DNA of 64,000 nucleotides from an uncultured cyanobacterium (lineage in GTDB: Bacteria > Cyanobacteriota > Cyanobacteriia > Cyanobacteriales > CAWUOF01). Under the pieces are notes generated by a model. It searched no databases. It saw nothing but the letters and a program-made list of their open reading frames with translations, and was not told the origin of the DNA. The stretch covers positions 2,752,001-2,816,000 of the forward strand of contig CAVUSO010000001.1 in assembly GCA_963744145.1 (NCBI GenBank), read 5' to 3'. Position 1 is the first letter of the stretch. The number at the start of each line of letters is the position of its first letter. The position numbers and the translations under genes are program-made. Of this stretch, positions 31,154-42,165 are shown in pieces.

Positions 31154-33664
31154 TTATATACCATTACATTTAAAAGGTTTAAGCCAAACTGAATCACCAG
31201 TTAAATTTGGTGTATAAGTAATTAATTTTATTTTGCCAACTGGATCGATTACCCAACCTGTTGCTTCTACCAATTGATGCGGCTGCTTTGGCACCCAAAA
31301 GCGCGAATTTTGGTTAACGCTTGGATGATGGTGGGAATTTTGACTCAATCTTTGACTATGGGCTTTTTTTGGAACTGAAAAATTTTGCCAATCTTGCCAA
31401 ATTGTTTGACCTCTGATTGTTGCAGTTGGATCTTCTGGTAAACCACCAAGTCCAGTTACAGTTAAGGAGTTACCTTGATTAGCAGCACATCCTACAATTA
31501 CTCGGTGGGTAGGATCTTGGACTTGATCTGGTAATAATATTAATCCAGAACTAGGGTTTACGGCGGGATTGTTAATATTGATGGTGCCAGAAACTCCAAA
31601 CTGGGAACTAGCGGTAATATTACTATCAGGAGAACTAAATATTCCTTGGGTATTGATATTAATATTACCACCTCTTCCTTGAAAGGCATTAGCAATAATA
31701 TTACTACTTGCTAAGGCAACTAAGGTATCACTTTTGATATTAATATTGCCACCATTTCCTGTGCCACCTGCGGTAGTAGTAATTTCACCATCCGAACGCA
31801 ATTGCAAATTTTGGTTTTGCACAATAATATTACCACCTGCACCAGATGCAGTTGTTGCTGTGATCACACCACCACTGGTGACAGAAATATTTTTCGCATT
31901 TATTGTTAGCGTTCCCGCGTTTCCAGAACCAACATTCCTCACACTGAGCAATCCCCCATCTTGAATGATTAATTGCTCTGTATTAATGATCAAGTCTTTC
32001 GATGATCCACTAGGTAAGGGGGGTAGGTTAAATTCCTGCTGGAAAGCTAAAAATGGGGATTCAGCCGAAGATGTGACCGTAGTGACTAATGTCCCAGGAA
32101 TACTGTGGCTAATTTTGATTGACTCAGTAGCATTAATAGTAACACTTCCAGCATTACCACTCGCCAAGGTAGTAGCATTAATATCACCTCCATCTTGGAC
32201 GATTAACTGGTCGGTATTAATGCTCAAGTTACCTGCATTACCACTACTCAAAGTGGTACTAGCGATCGCACTAGGTTCAAGTAAGATCGGTTCAATCCCA
32301 CTGACTTGGATCTGTGCAGCATTCACCGTAATATCTCCAGCGTCACCTGTTCCTAAGGTTGATGATGAGACCGATCCTCCACCCAAAATTTGCAACTGAT
32401 TGGTAGAAATAGTGATATTACCCGCATGACCAGGACCAAAGGTGGGAGTACCCAGAAAACTAAAAAATGCTGGATTGAGTGGAGAAACTCCGCTCACTAC
32501 TATAGATTCAGAAGAGTTAATATTGAGGTTACCTCCGGTCGCAGGACCGAATGTGTCAATGCTGATAAATCCCCCATCTTGAACCAATAATTTTTTGGTA
32601 TTGATGTTTAAGTCACCGATAAGTCCCTCGATCGTTAAACTGCTGATCGCACTCCGAATCCGTAAATCAGGTGCAGTTCCAATCACATCTACTTCTTTGG
32701 AGGTATTGATATTTAGCTGACCTGCTGGTGTTAAACCTGTATTATAAATTAAAATTTGAGAACCGTCTGTAACCGAAATCAGCCCCCCTTCGACGGTAAT
32801 CGAACCACCACCATCGCTTTTGCTGTATGCTGCGGCTAGTTGTGATAGCTTAATATCTCCGAAGGATGGTACTTGGGTATAGTCGAAACTCCATCCATTG
32901 GGAACTGCATTGATGGTGACATTAACTGGTAGTACACCTGAAGTTCCAGATACACTACCTAATTCTATATGTCCTGATGGTGCGGAAACGGTGCCACCTG
33001 TTAAGGATATATTACCACCAATTAATGCCAGAGTGTTTCCTGGTGCTACCTGTAATCCGGTGATTTGATCTCCTCCTTCGGTTAAACCAAACGGTGAATT
33101 GGGATGGGTAAAGGTATGACCTGTACCATTAACATTAATGTCACCAGGATTTTGTCCGAACTGCAATCCCATAGGAACGCTGATGGTTAATAGAGGATTG
33201 CTTTGAGGATTGGTAGCACTAAAAGATGTGCGATCGCTAAATATTATCCTCTCTGCGGTTGTCGCTAAAAATGAACCCCCTATATTTAATCTCGCATTCG
33301 GACCAAAAATAATTCCCTTGGGATTGAGTAGAAACAGATTAGCTGTACCATTAGTTTGTAGCAATCCATTAATATTAGAACTGGAACTGCCCGTAACACG
33401 AGTAATAATATTTTGGATATCTAAAGCATTATTAAAAAATGCTGTATTACCAGTCGGAACAGAAAAATTTGCGAAACTATGAAATAAGTTGCCACCTGCT
33501 CGACTACCACCATTAATAGTAAGCGTACTACCATTATTATTAACTAGAGAATTTATTGGCAAAGTAGCATCCGGGACAATTTGACCGATCGTTTGACCAG
33601 TTGCACAAAGAAACGAGAAAAATAAACCACCAGCTATTGAGAATAAATAATTTTGTAATTGCAT
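31154..33664 (-). CDS. Filamentous hemagglutinin N-terminal (TPS) domain protein
   Basis: GGNLFHSFANF, NIITRVTG, LLNPKGIIFG, beta-helix GNAG repeats, GGLPEDP, LVEATGW. Confidence 0.9.
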   Translation of the reverse strand: MQLQNYLFSIAGGLFFSFLCATGQTIGQIVPDATLPINSLVNNNGSTLTINGGSRAGGNLFHSFANFSVPTGNTAFFNNALDIQNIITRVTGSSSSNINGLLQTNGTANLFLLNPKGIIFGPNARLNIGGSFLATTAERIIFSDRTSFSATNPQSNPLLTISVPMGLQFGQNPGDINVNGTGHTFTHPNSPFGLTEGGDQITGLQVAPGNTLALIGGNISLTGGTVSAPSGHIELGSVSGTSGVLPVNVTINAVPNGWSFDYTQVPSFGDIKLSQLAAAYSKSDGGGSITVEGGLISVTDGSQILIYNTGLTPAGQLNINTSKEVDVIGTAPDLRIRSAISSLTIEGLIGDLNINTKKLLVQDGGFISIDTFGPATGGNLNINSSESIVVSGVSPLNPAFFSFLGTPTFGPGHAGNITISTNQLQILGGGSVSSSTLGTGDAGDITVNAAQIQVSGIEPILLEPSAIASTTLSSGNAGNLSINTDQLIVQDGGDINATTLASGNAGSVTINATESIKISHSIPGTLVTTVTSSAESPFLAFQQEFNLPPLPSGSSKDLIINTEQLIIQDGGLLSVRNVGSGNAGTLTINAKNISVTSGGVITATTASGAGGNIIVQNQNLQLRSDGEITTTAGGTGNGGNINIKSDTLVALASSNIIANAFQGRGGNININTQGIFSSPDSNITASSQFGVSGTININNPAVNPSSGLILLPDQVQDPTHRVIVGCAANQGNSLTVTGLGGLPEDPTATIRGQTIWQDWQNFSVPKKAHSQRLSQNSHHHPSVNQNSRFWVPKQPHQLVEATGWVIDPVGKIKLITYTPNLTGDSVWLKPFKCNGI

Positions 33665-34087
33665 ATTCAAACATAAGTTTTTTTTTTCAAATTATAGCTC
33701 AGGCTTTCAATCCTAAGAATAGGACTTTTGGCTATAATTTTGTTCAAAATTCCAATATTTTGGAGAGTTTTTAGTGCTTTTTTCAATAGACTCAGATTTA
33801 GAATTACACCATTTTTATTTCTTGAGCTGAATTAGCGAAGAAACGAACAGACAAGATAGGTGTTGCGATCGCACAGTTTCACAATAAGTATAAATACTTA
33901 GCAAATCTGATGATCGAGAAGCTTGACAACCAGCATAAATACCCAGATAATCATAATCATGGTGATTTGTGGATCTACTTTGCGATCAATTGGTAAAATA
34001 ATAGGTGCATTTCTTGAATTCAACTTTTGAAATGTAGTTTCTGTCACTTTTTTCTTTTTCCTGTCCTTAATTACTCAGGTTAATATA

Positions 34088-34267
34088 ATGCAACTAAAAC
34101 AAGAAATTCGCTGTCCCAACTGTGGTAGTCATGCTGAACGTCACTATGTTTCTAGTCGTCAAATTACCCAAACTCAGTGTCCGATGTGTGATTATTTAAT
34201 GGTTACTTGTTCTCAGACTGGTAAAGTGGTAGAAACTTATACTACGGGTATCTATGCTCATCACTAA
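34088..34267 (+). CDS. Small zinc-ribbon protein (59 aa, absent from the ORF track)
   Basis: MQLKQEIRCPNCGSHAERHY...QCPMCDYLMVTC...; two CxxC motifs. Confidence 0.8.
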   Translation: MQLKQEIRCPNCGSHAERHYVSSRQITQTQCPMCDYLMVTCSQTGKVVETYTTGIYAHH

Positions 34268-34284
34268 GTAACCGTGGTGGAAAA

Positions 34285-34325
34285 GTATGTAGTTGTGTTC
34301 TGACTCCCAAAATCCAACTACATAC
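34285..34325 (+). terminator. Stem-loop after the zinc-ribbon gene
   Basis: GTATGTAGTTG...CAACTACATAC 11-bp inverted repeat; no U-tract. Confidence 0.35.
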
Positions 34326-34388
34326 GATATATGATAATTTTAGACAAGTTGAACCTCTGATTTTTTTTTAGATCATAAGGAACAAAAT

Positions 34389-34787
34389 ATGTTATGGCCT
34401 AGTCTAGTAACTGCGATCGCTTTGTTAGTATATTTAGTGATCATCATTAATGTCGGTCAAGCTAGAAGGAAATACAAAATTTTCCCTCCTGAAACCACAG
34501 GAGATCCTAATTTTGAGCGGGTTTTAAGAGTCCAACAAAACACCCTAGAACAGCTAATATTCTTTCTCCCTACCCTATGGTTATTTTCTAATTATGTTAG
34601 TCCATTATGGGGTGCAGGTATTGGTGCAGTTTGGATTATTGGTCGGATCGTTTATGCTTGGGGATATTATCAAGCTGCTGAGAAAAGAATAGTTGGTTTT
34701 GCGATCGGTAGTTTTAGCACCATCACCTTACTATTAGGTTCTCTGATCGGAATTACTTTATTACTGATCAACGAGTATCTGAGTTAA
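34389..34787 (+). CDS. MAPEG family protein
   Basis: [30 protein letters not shown]. Confidence 0.9.
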   Translation: MLWPSLVTAIALLVYLVIIINVGQARRKYKIFPPETTGDPNFERVLRVQQNTLEQLIFFLPTLWLFSNYVSPLWGAGIGAVWIIGRIVYAWGYYQAAEKRIVGFAIGSFSTITLLLGSLIGITLLLINEYLS

Positions 34788-35832
34788 CGATTCGAGTCGC
34801 TCTCAATTGTCCACAAGCAGCATCAGCTTCCAAACCACGGGAATAACGTACACTAACCGCAATATGATATTGCTGCAAAACTTGCATAAAAGCTTGAATC
34901 CGTTGGTGATGAGGACGTTGATAATCAGCTTCACCAATGGGATTATAGGGAATTAAATTGACATGACTTTGAAAACCCCGAACTAATTGGACTAATTCCT
35001 GAGCGTGTTCGGGGTAATCATTCACTTCAGCTAAGAGGATATATTCAAAGGTCAATCTTCTCCCAGTAAGTTTAACATATTCACGACATTCTGTGATTAA
35101 ATCTAATAAGTTATAAGCTCGGGCACTGGGAATTAATTGAGTTCTTAAAGTTTGGTTAGAAGCGTGTAAACTAACAGCTAGAGTAACTTGTAATTGATAT
35201 GCAGCTAACTGATGAATGCGATCGCGAATACCCACCGTCGAAATAGTTAAAGCTCGTTGACTAATCCCCACATCTTGATTTAAACATTTAACCGCAGTCA
35301 CGACATTTTCTAAATTGAGCAAGGGTTCCCCCATCCCCATAAAGACAACATGACTAACTCTTCGTTCAAATTGTTCTTGAACAGTTAAAACTTGATCAAC
35401 AATTTCATGAGTAGCTAAATTACGTTGAAAACCACCTTTCCCGGTAGCACAAAAATCACAACCCATGGGACAACCAACTTGGGTCGAGACACAAACCGTT
35501 AAGCGATCGTCCGTGGGAATTCCGACAGTTTCAATAATTTGTCCATCGGTCAATTTGAGTAAATACTTAACCGTCCCATCGGGAGCTGCGGCTTGATGGT
35601 ATAGAATTGATCTACCAATGGGGATACTTTCAACTATTGCTCTCCATGGTTTGGGAAATACGGTAATATCTCCTAGCGATCGGACACCTTTTTCATAAAT
35701 CCACTGGTGCAATTGTTTACCCCGATAGCTAGCTTGTCCCTGTTGTTGGACCCATTCCGTTAATTCTGGTAAGGTTAATCCTAATAAGGGGGTAAAAGAG
35801 GGATTTGGTTCTAGAGTAGATTTGGGTTGCAT
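34768..35832 (-). CDS. rlmN: 23S rRNA (adenine2503-C2) methyltransferase RlmN
   Basis: [27 protein letters not shown]. Confidence 0.96.
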   Translation of the reverse strand: MQPKSTLEPNPSFTPLLGLTLPELTEWVQQQGQASYRGKQLHQWIYEKGVRSLGDITVFPKPWRAIVESIPIGRSILYHQAAAPDGTVKYLLKLTDGQIIETVGIPTDDRLTVCVSTQVGCPMGCDFCATGKGGFQRNLATHEIVDQVLTVQEQFERRVSHVVFMGMGEPLLNLENVVTAVKCLNQDVGISQRALTISTVGIRDRIHQLAAYQLQVTLAVSLHASNQTLRTQLIPSARAYNLLDLITECREYVKLTGRRLTFEYILLAEVNDYPEHAQELVQLVRGFQSHVNLIPYNPIGEADYQRPHHQRIQAFMQVLQQYHIAVSVRYSRGLEADAACGQLRATRIVNSDTR

Positions 35833-36122
35833 ATAATTGACCGACTAGAGGATCAATCATAACATCTTTTTTCGCTCTTAATCAGCCAGGGGAGTAATTA
35901 ATTACCAATCTAATCTTGAATTAGTTCAGATTTTCTCTCTTCTGAGATTAAATGATCACAACGCTTGGAAGGTTTTGAATGCGATCGCAGAAATTTTGAC
36001 AAGCTTGAATTTGGCTGATTTTTTAATAGTTCAATGGCTTGAGATCCAAGTTCTTGCAGATAGCGATCGAGTTCGTGCATAGGAGAACAGTCAAACAAAA
36101 AAGGGATTCTTAGATTATATCT

Positions 36123-36252
36123 CAATAGAGTTCAGTTAACCGTAGGGGCGAAGCATTCGGGCGACAATTTATGGTTCAAACCTGTAATATTATATCCGAA
36201 TGCTTCGCCCAGCCTTCGCCGAGATATCCAAAAAAAGATGGTAACTGAACCA
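36123..36252. mobile_element. MITE-like/REP composite (same family as 4472-4604)
   Basis: CAATAGAGTTCAGTTAAC...GTAACTGAAC with internal GGGCGAAGCATTCGG...CCGAATGCTTCGCCC. Confidence 0.65.
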
Positions 36253-36284
36253 AACCTGTTAATGTTATATCCGAATACTGATAC

Positions 36285-36611
36285 CTATGATCCCGTAACA
36301 TAGACAACTTGAGCAGTTCCTAAAATTTCTTGCCGACGAATCCAGTTGTGGCTTTGCTCAATCGATTTTTTGGTCAGTAAGTCAACCTCACGTCCTAGTA
36401 AAGTCTTCAGTTCACCTTTCATCCGCACCAGTTCTAAAAGTCCCCAAGGTGAATTGTCCTCAAAGCTTACCATTATATCTATGTCACTGTCCGGTCGAAA
36501 ATCATCCCGTAAAACCGAACCAAAAAAGGACATTTCGTTAATCTTCCATTTTTGGCAAAATTCGATCAGTGTCTGCTGAGGAAGCTGAATCCTCAATGGT
36601 TGCTTTAACAT
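36285..36611 (-). CDS. Minimal nucleotidyltransferase (MNT/MntA-type antitoxin)
   Basis: FGSVLRDDFRPDSDIDIMV, GREVDL. Confidence 0.85.
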   Translation of the reverse strand: MLKQPLRIQLPQQTLIEFCQKWKINEMSFFGSVLRDDFRPDSDIDIMVSFEDNSPWGLLELVRMKGELKTLLGREVDLLTKKSIEQSHNWIRRQEILGTAQVVYVTGS

Positions 36612-36694
36612 AATTTCTCCTGGTAATCACTTTAGTGCTGGGATCATCCACTAAAAAACTAGCCAATGCAGCGATCGCCGTAATCAATTATAAC

Positions 36695-37078
36695 TTAATG
36701 TTCATATATCTCAAGGGGTAAGTTATCTGGGTCTTTGAAAAAAGTAAAACGTTTACCTGTTAATTCATCAATTCTTACTGGTTCAACATTTACTCCTTTT
36801 GATTCTAAATAGGTAACAGTTTCTTCTACACTTTCTACTTCAAAAGCTAAATGTCTTAACCCACAATTTTCGGGACTATTTCTAGGAGCAGGAGATGGAA
36901 ATGAGAACAGTTCAATCATGTCATTATTTCCTACTCTTAAATCTAGTTTATATGAGTTTCTGTGTTCTCTAAAAGTCTCGTTAATTATGGAAAAACCGAG
37001 TATTTTAGTGTAAAAATCTTTAGATTTCTCATAATTAGAGCAAATAATAGCAATATGATGGATTTTTGCTGTTTTCAT
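36695..37078 (-). CDS. VOC/glyoxalase family protein (YaeR-like)
   Basis: IHHIAII..SYKLDL..IELFSF..GLRHLAF..DPDNLPLEIYE. Confidence 0.9.
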   Translation of the reverse strand: MKTAKIHHIAIICSNYEKSKDFYTKILGFSIINETFREHRNSYKLDLRVGNNDMIELFSFPSPAPRNSPENCGLRHLAFEVESVEETVTYLESKGVNVEPVRIDELTGKRFTFFKDPDNLPLEIYEH

Positions 37079-37501
37079 GTTATTCTCCAGTTGTTCAAGT
37101 TAGGTAGTTACTTTAAACGCATAATTTGAGTTGTTCAAACCAAGTACAGACTATGACGTTTAAAGTATAGATTATGCCTTAATTATTGGCATTATAAAAC
37201 AGAATGACTAAAATCCTGCCATTTTAACCAATCTAATGTCTGCCAACGCTCGTTGTCAATAGATATATCTTGCTGAGGAAGACAGAAATTAAGAGAATTA
37301 AAGCGTCCTTCTCCTGGACTAATGTATTCTTGTATTTTAGTTGCAATTCTTTTACTAGATCGAGGAGCAATGCTTAACTTAGTGGGATAAACAGTGACAA
37401 CATTCTGTAAACCGCAATTGTCAACAAAGTCTCCATTAGGACGAAAACCATTTCTCTTCGGCGATCGCCAATTTTATCAAGGAAATAAATAATTGCATAA
37501 A

Positions 37502-37720
37502 TCAGGACAATGATCTATTTCTATCCAAATCAATAAGGCGCTTAATGACTCGGACTACATCATATAATTCATTCTGTTGTGGGTTAACAATAGTAAATTT
37601 TTTTGATATCGCATACTGGCTTAATTGCCGATCAAGCTTGACAAATATATAATCTTCACCATTCATTATCATCCCTAAAGTAGGCATCTCCGGATGTGGA
37701 TTTGCCATCAGATAAGCTGC
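37502..37720 (-). pseudogene. 3' fragment of the restriction-endonuclease-like gene at 60709-61356
   Basis: AYLMANPHPEMP..GEDYIFVKL near-identical to 60709-60925. Confidence 0.8.
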
Positions 37721-37759
37721 TGCTAACAATTTCGACAATTAGTTTGATTGATTGACATA

Positions 37760-40129
37760 TTATATCATCGTGGGAATAAATTTGATAAACAGAGGACTTG
37801 TCCAAGCCTTAGCGTCATCGATCTGGCGACCTGATAGGTAAACTGGAACAAAGCCGTAGGAGTTAAACTGAGGCTCTAGGGTGAAACTACCACTCACATC
37901 GCGGGTCAGTGGATTTGCACTTAACCGCTCCACTGCGACAAACAGCTCTGTACCGTTCAAATCTTTACGCAGGATACCCTGTTCTAACAGAGTTTGACCT
38001 GTAAACTCCCAGCTAAACTCTGGACAATGAATGTAAGGATTTCTCTTGAGGGGACTACCTACCTTACTGTAGCTATTAATCTGCACGTCAAGCCGAAACT
38101 GTGCCTGGGATAGTTCAGAAAGTTCTAGTTCAATAGCATCAGAGTCCCCGTATGTATCTGAACGAAATTCTAGTTTTAGTGGTCCGGCTCGTCTGACATA
38201 CTCCTCTGGATGTGCTAACCCATAAGTCTGATATGCTTGAACTAGGGTATTGCGATATTGGAGTGAACCATGCCATTCAGCTGCGCGATAACGGTCTTTA
38301 ATGCGCGAACCTCCCCAACGCAGACGGATTTTATTAGAGGTATAACCTGTTTCTGATTGCAGATTTCGAGACCACAATACACCTTGGTCAGTATGCGCGG
38401 TAATTTCATCCCAGCCATTTGTGCCCAGGAATCTGTAGTGAATTGTAACTGCATCGGGGGCGGTAAATTCATCTCCCTGAATATGTGAATCAGACCAAAG
38501 TAGAGCAACGATGCGATCGCCTGTAGTAGCCCAAGTGTGTCGAGAACGTAAGGCATGATTAATTGCTGACTTAGTTAATGATGGCGCAATTATCCCTGTA
38601 ACTCCACCATTAACTCCAAAAACCGCAGTACCAGGAACTCCACCACCACAACGTCCGCGATGTTCGTCTCCGTTTGCTGACACACCTACTTTATACCCAC
38701 GACTGATGGCATCCTGATAGAACCAGGGAAAATGACCCCAAGCTGAACCAATTTCAATTAAGCGTTCCAGACGGGGATGGTGCCAGTCAAAAATAGCACG
38801 ACGTCCTCCTACATGGGGGATGAGTAAATGCTGCTCTGGTGCGTGAATATAGGCAGCCCAGAGACGATCTACGGGCCATGCTCCAGGGACTAATTGATTG
38901 CCCAACATACCTTCGTTCCATTCAAAGGAACGCACCTGTTTTCCCTGACGGTCGTATGGAAATAGCACCTCATCACCTAAAAAGATCACATTGCGATCGC
39001 CACCTGCTGCTGAGTTACCACACCATTCAGTACCGGGATAGCAAAGAAATTCTCCTTCCTGGGTTACCTCTCGACATAACAAGACATCCTGATGCCACTG
39101 TTTCTCGGTAATATTAAAATCATTTGCCGTATAACCAAGCACATCCAAACCAGCAACATCGCGACCATAGGCAAAGTTGTACTCTGTGCTATTAGTACCG
39201 ACCGTATTGTTGGAATGCACATGGAGGTCAGCAAAAAACGCCCGGGGATAGGTAAGATCGCTCTCTGCGGCGATCGAGATCTGCTCATTCTGCAACTCGG
39301 TTCCAATCAAAGTAGCCCGAAGTAATACTTCCTTAGCTACATCTAATGTCAGGTTGGTTTTAACCACTGCCCAACCCTGTGCTGGTAAATCCAGTTGTTG
39401 ATCTATAAAAGTATCACCTGTCAGTCTAATTTGCCCACCTAATCCCCAGCAGGTATTACCCCAAATATCTTCTGCTCGGATGCGGAGGGGGAAGGGAATT
39501 TCTGTCTTAACTAAACGAGGGCTGACGATCGCTAATTTTGCAGGGGGTCCTGGGATAATGTTAATCTTTATATCGCCAGGAATTTCTGCAAAGCGTGAGG
39601 TGCCGACCGGATCGACATAAGCTCGAAACCGAAAATCTTGCTCTACAAAAGTTTGAACTCGCGTTCCTGGTCCTCCAGCACGGCGATCGCCTAAGCGAAT
39701 GAAAATATGGTCTCCTGGTTTGAGATAACCATCAATAATATCTATAACAATTGCCTTTTGAAAGGGGCGCTCATGTCCTTTTTGGTCAAAATAAACCTGT
39801 AGGGATTGCACCGTTGCTTGACTTTCCCCTGGTAGAGTTGGACGAGCCTGATATTCAGTAGAGAGATAGTTTGCACCATCAGGAACTTCCGCTTGGAATA
39901 ATGCCCAGTCTGAGTAGAACTTGAATGTCACCTTGAGTCTGGCACCATCAGCAATACCAGAAGCACCTACCTCGTAGTCTAAAAGAATTTCCTGCCAACT
40001 TCCTGCCTCAATTTTGGTGGTTGAGCAGTGTAGGCGACCCAAAAACGGTAAATTACTGACATATTCTTCGTAACCTTGAGGATGGAAGTGTTCACCCAGT
40101 AATTGCTCTAGTGCTTCATTAGACATCAT
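37760..40129 (-). CDS. Uncharacterised PHP-like (DUF3604-type) metallohydrolase
   Basis: ADLHVHS, TANDF, PGTEW, IPHVGG, NGDEH metal-ligand-like motifs; 49 nt downstream of a second ssuA-like gene. Confidence 0.6.
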   Translation of the reverse strand: MMSNEALEQLLGEHFHPQGYEEYVSNLPFLGRLHCSTTKIEAGSWQEILLDYEVGASGIADGARLKVTFKFYSDWALFQAEVPDGANYLSTEYQARPTLPGESQATVQSLQVYFDQKGHERPFQKAIVIDIIDGYLKPGDHIFIRLGDRRAGGPGTRVQTFVEQDFRFRAYVDPVGTSRFAEIPGDIKINIIPGPPAKLAIVSPRLVKTEIPFPLRIRAEDIWGNTCWGLGGQIRLTGDTFIDQQLDLPAQGWAVVKTNLTLDVAKEVLLRATLIGTELQNEQISIAAESDLTYPRAFFADLHVHSNNTVGTNSTEYNFAYGRDVAGLDVLGYTANDFNITEKQWHQDVLLCREVTQEGEFLCYPGTEWCGNSAAGGDRNVIFLGDEVLFPYDRQGKQVRSFEWNEGMLGNQLVPGAWPVDRLWAAYIHAPEQHLLIPHVGGRRAIFDWHHPRLERLIEIGSAWGHFPWFYQDAISRGYKVGVSANGDEHRGRCGGGVPGTAVFGVNGGVTGIIAPSLTKSAINHALRSRHTWATTGDRIVALLWSDSHIQGDEFTAPDAVTIHYRFLGTNGWDEITAHTDQGVLWSRNLQSETGYTSNKIRLRWGGSRIKDRYRAAEWHGSLQYRNTLVQAYQTYGLAHPEEYVRRAGPLKLEFRSDTYGDSDAIELELSELSQAQFRLDVQINSYSKVGSPLKRNPYIHCPEFSWEFTGQTLLEQGILRKDLNGTELFVAVERLSANPLTRDVSGSFTLEPQFNSYGFVPVYLSGRQIDDAKAWTSPLFIKFIPTMI

Positions 40130-40178
40130 TCATGCTCCCTGGATTAGCTTGTTTTAATATACAAAGATCCCTCACTAT

Positions 40179-41246
40179 TTACTTAAGCAAAGCAGCATCC
40201 TCAGCTTTAACAGGTTTAGGAATCAGTTTGAGTTGAAAAAAAGTATCAGCTAGCTTTTGCTGTTCTGCCAAAACTTCAGCTTGAATTGGCTGTGCCCCAT
40301 AGCGTTTTTTTCGACTCTCTGCTAATTCCAGAGTTGCTACATCCACATTAATATGGGGAGACAAAAACTTCACAACTTCCTTCGGGTTACTGCGTGCCCA
40401 AGTTCCAACTTCCTGAACCTCTTCAATAAACTGCTTAACTAAATCAGGATTACTATTAGCAAAGCTGCGGGAAGCTAAGTAAAACTCTCGAAATTGCATT
40501 AATCCTTCACCATCTGTCAAAACACGAGCATTTGCTCCTATCTGTGCTGCTGCAAAGTAGGGGTCTGGTACTGCCATAGCATCTATACTGCCATGTTCAA
40601 AAGCACTCCGCGCATCTGGCGGCTGTAGATAGACAGGCTGAATATCCTCATACTTCAGCCCAACGGAAGCTAATGCTAGTATTGTCAGATATTGAGGACT
40701 AGAACCTTTGGCAAAGGATACTTTCTTCCCCTTCAAATCTACCAACTTCTGAATCGGTGAATCCTTTGGTACTAAAATAGCAATACTTTTTGGACCGGGT
40801 GGGGTATTGGCGATATATACTACATCAGTTCCTGCTGCCTGAGCAACTACGACTGGTGCATCCCCAGTCTGTACGATATCCAGAGCATTTGTGCCTAAAG
40901 CTTCCATTTGGGGTGGTCCGGAGGTAAACTCACTCCACTTGACTGAAGCATTTAGGGGCGCAAATCGCCTCTCCAATCCTCCCTTAAATTTGACCAAAAA
41001 CGTTATACCTGCTTTCTGATAGCCGATCCGCACAACTCGTCCTTTTGTGGTGTTGTGGTCAGCAGAGCAAGCAGAAATTATCAAACTCAGACATAACCCC
41101 AAAGAAAAAAGTAGTCTCATGGGTTTGAGGGATCTTTTAAGTGCTTTTTGTGCAACTGCTCCGAAACCTCTTGCCGTGAACCGATTTAAAAAACGAAAAA
41201 ATCCCACCCATTTAGTCATTATTGGTAATTGCTCAACAGATTTCAA
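40179..41246 (-). CDS. ssuA: Aliphatic sulfonate ABC substrate-binding lipoprotein (second, divergent paralogue)
   Basis: IISAC lipobox, VRIGYQK, WSEFTSGPPQMEAL, GDAPVVVAQAAG, QQKLADTF. Confidence 0.85.
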   Translation of the reverse strand: MKSVEQLPIMTKWVGFFRFLNRFTARGFGAVAQKALKRSLKPMRLLFSLGLCLSLIISACSADHNTTKGRVVRIGYQKAGITFLVKFKGGLERRFAPLNASVKWSEFTSGPPQMEALGTNALDIVQTGDAPVVVAQAAGTDVVYIANTPPGPKSIAILVPKDSPIQKLVDLKGKKVSFAKGSSPQYLTILALASVGLKYEDIQPVYLQPPDARSAFEHGSIDAMAVPDPYFAAAQIGANARVLTDGEGLMQFREFYLASRSFANSNPDLVKQFIEEVQEVGTWARSNPKEVVKFLSPHINVDVATLELAESRKKRYGAQPIQAEVLAEQQKLADTFFQLKLIPKPVKAEDAALLK

Positions 41247-41406
41247 GCTATAATAATAGCAGGTTTGGATTTGTAGCGATCGCTTATAGATGTAGTTAAG
41301 ATGAGATCACTCTTGGCGCACCTACATACCGTTTGACAATTATTTAATTTCTATTCCTTAGCGATCGCGACGCCAAAGTTCTGTTTGTGATATTAGTTTT
41401 TTTCTG

Positions 41407-41949
41407 TTAAAATTGATGGTCGAAAGAAAAGTTGTGCGGATTTTTCAGAATAAAATTACTCCCTTCTTTGATTAAATCGCCTGTGCAGAAAATGGGTAAA
41501 CGTTCTTGATAAGCTTTGATGGCGAGAATATAATCTTGATCGGCAAGTTCAGTTTTAATTTTCCGCAGTTGATCAGCGACCAGACCAAGGAGAGTAATCT
41601 CTCCGCTTAGTTTGTCAGTGTTGGGGGTATGAATTTGCATGACAATTCCTTGTATAGTCGTGTTGGGAATAGGGGTCAAGATTTCACTTAAAATTTCAAA
41701 TTGAGAGCGATTTTCTACGTCTTCTAGAATTTGGATTACCTCACGGATGCGATCGACATAATCTCCGAGATTTTGGTATTTGGGCAGCAATATTTCAAAA
41801 TCTTCTCCTTCGGCTGCTGGCTGATGCCAAAGTGTAGCATTGTCTAAGAAAGGTTTATCTTCATTCCAGCCATGAATTTGTAAGTAATTTCTAAGTCGAT
41901 TTAGGTCTATTGTTTCGAGAGTTTGGCTATCTTTTATGGTAACTTTCAT
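41407..41949 (-). CDS. Hypothetical protein translationally coupled to a DUF4365-like gene
   Basis: 180 aa ORF; ATG overlaps the TGA of the upstream remnant (ATGA). Confidence 0.65.
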   Translation of the reverse strand: MKVTIKDSQTLETIDLNRLRNYLQIHGWNEDKPFLDNATLWHQPAAEGEDFEILLPKYQNLGDYVDRIREVIQILEDVENRSQFEILSEILTPIPNTTIQGIVMQIHTPNTDKLSGEITLLGLVADQLRKIKTELADQDYILAIKAYQERLPIFCTGDLIKEGSNFILKNPHNFSFDHQF

Positions 41950-42165
41950 GGTTGCATTCCTTGGCTAACTCCCTCCATAATTGACTGAAGGGTAGGGACT
42001 GTAAATTGGTTGGTTCTGGGGATGGTAATAGTTCCCACCTTTAGCGGCTCCCCAATCTATGCTGTCATCATCTACAGAGGGTTTGTAAAGGGAATAGCCT
42101 GCTACCGTGGTGACAGCTTGCAGATAGGTGTTGCTGAATTGTTCTTTTTGTTGGTTAATGTCCAT
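41946..42165 (-). pseudogene. DUF4365-like protein with large internal deletion
   Basis: N-terminus MDINQQKEQFS..DDDSIDW joined out of frame to C-terminus TITIPRTNQFTVPTLQSIME. Confidence 0.7.

Noticed and set aside
35910..36125. 71-aa ORF
   Set aside because: Weak start at a MITE edge and no recognisable motif
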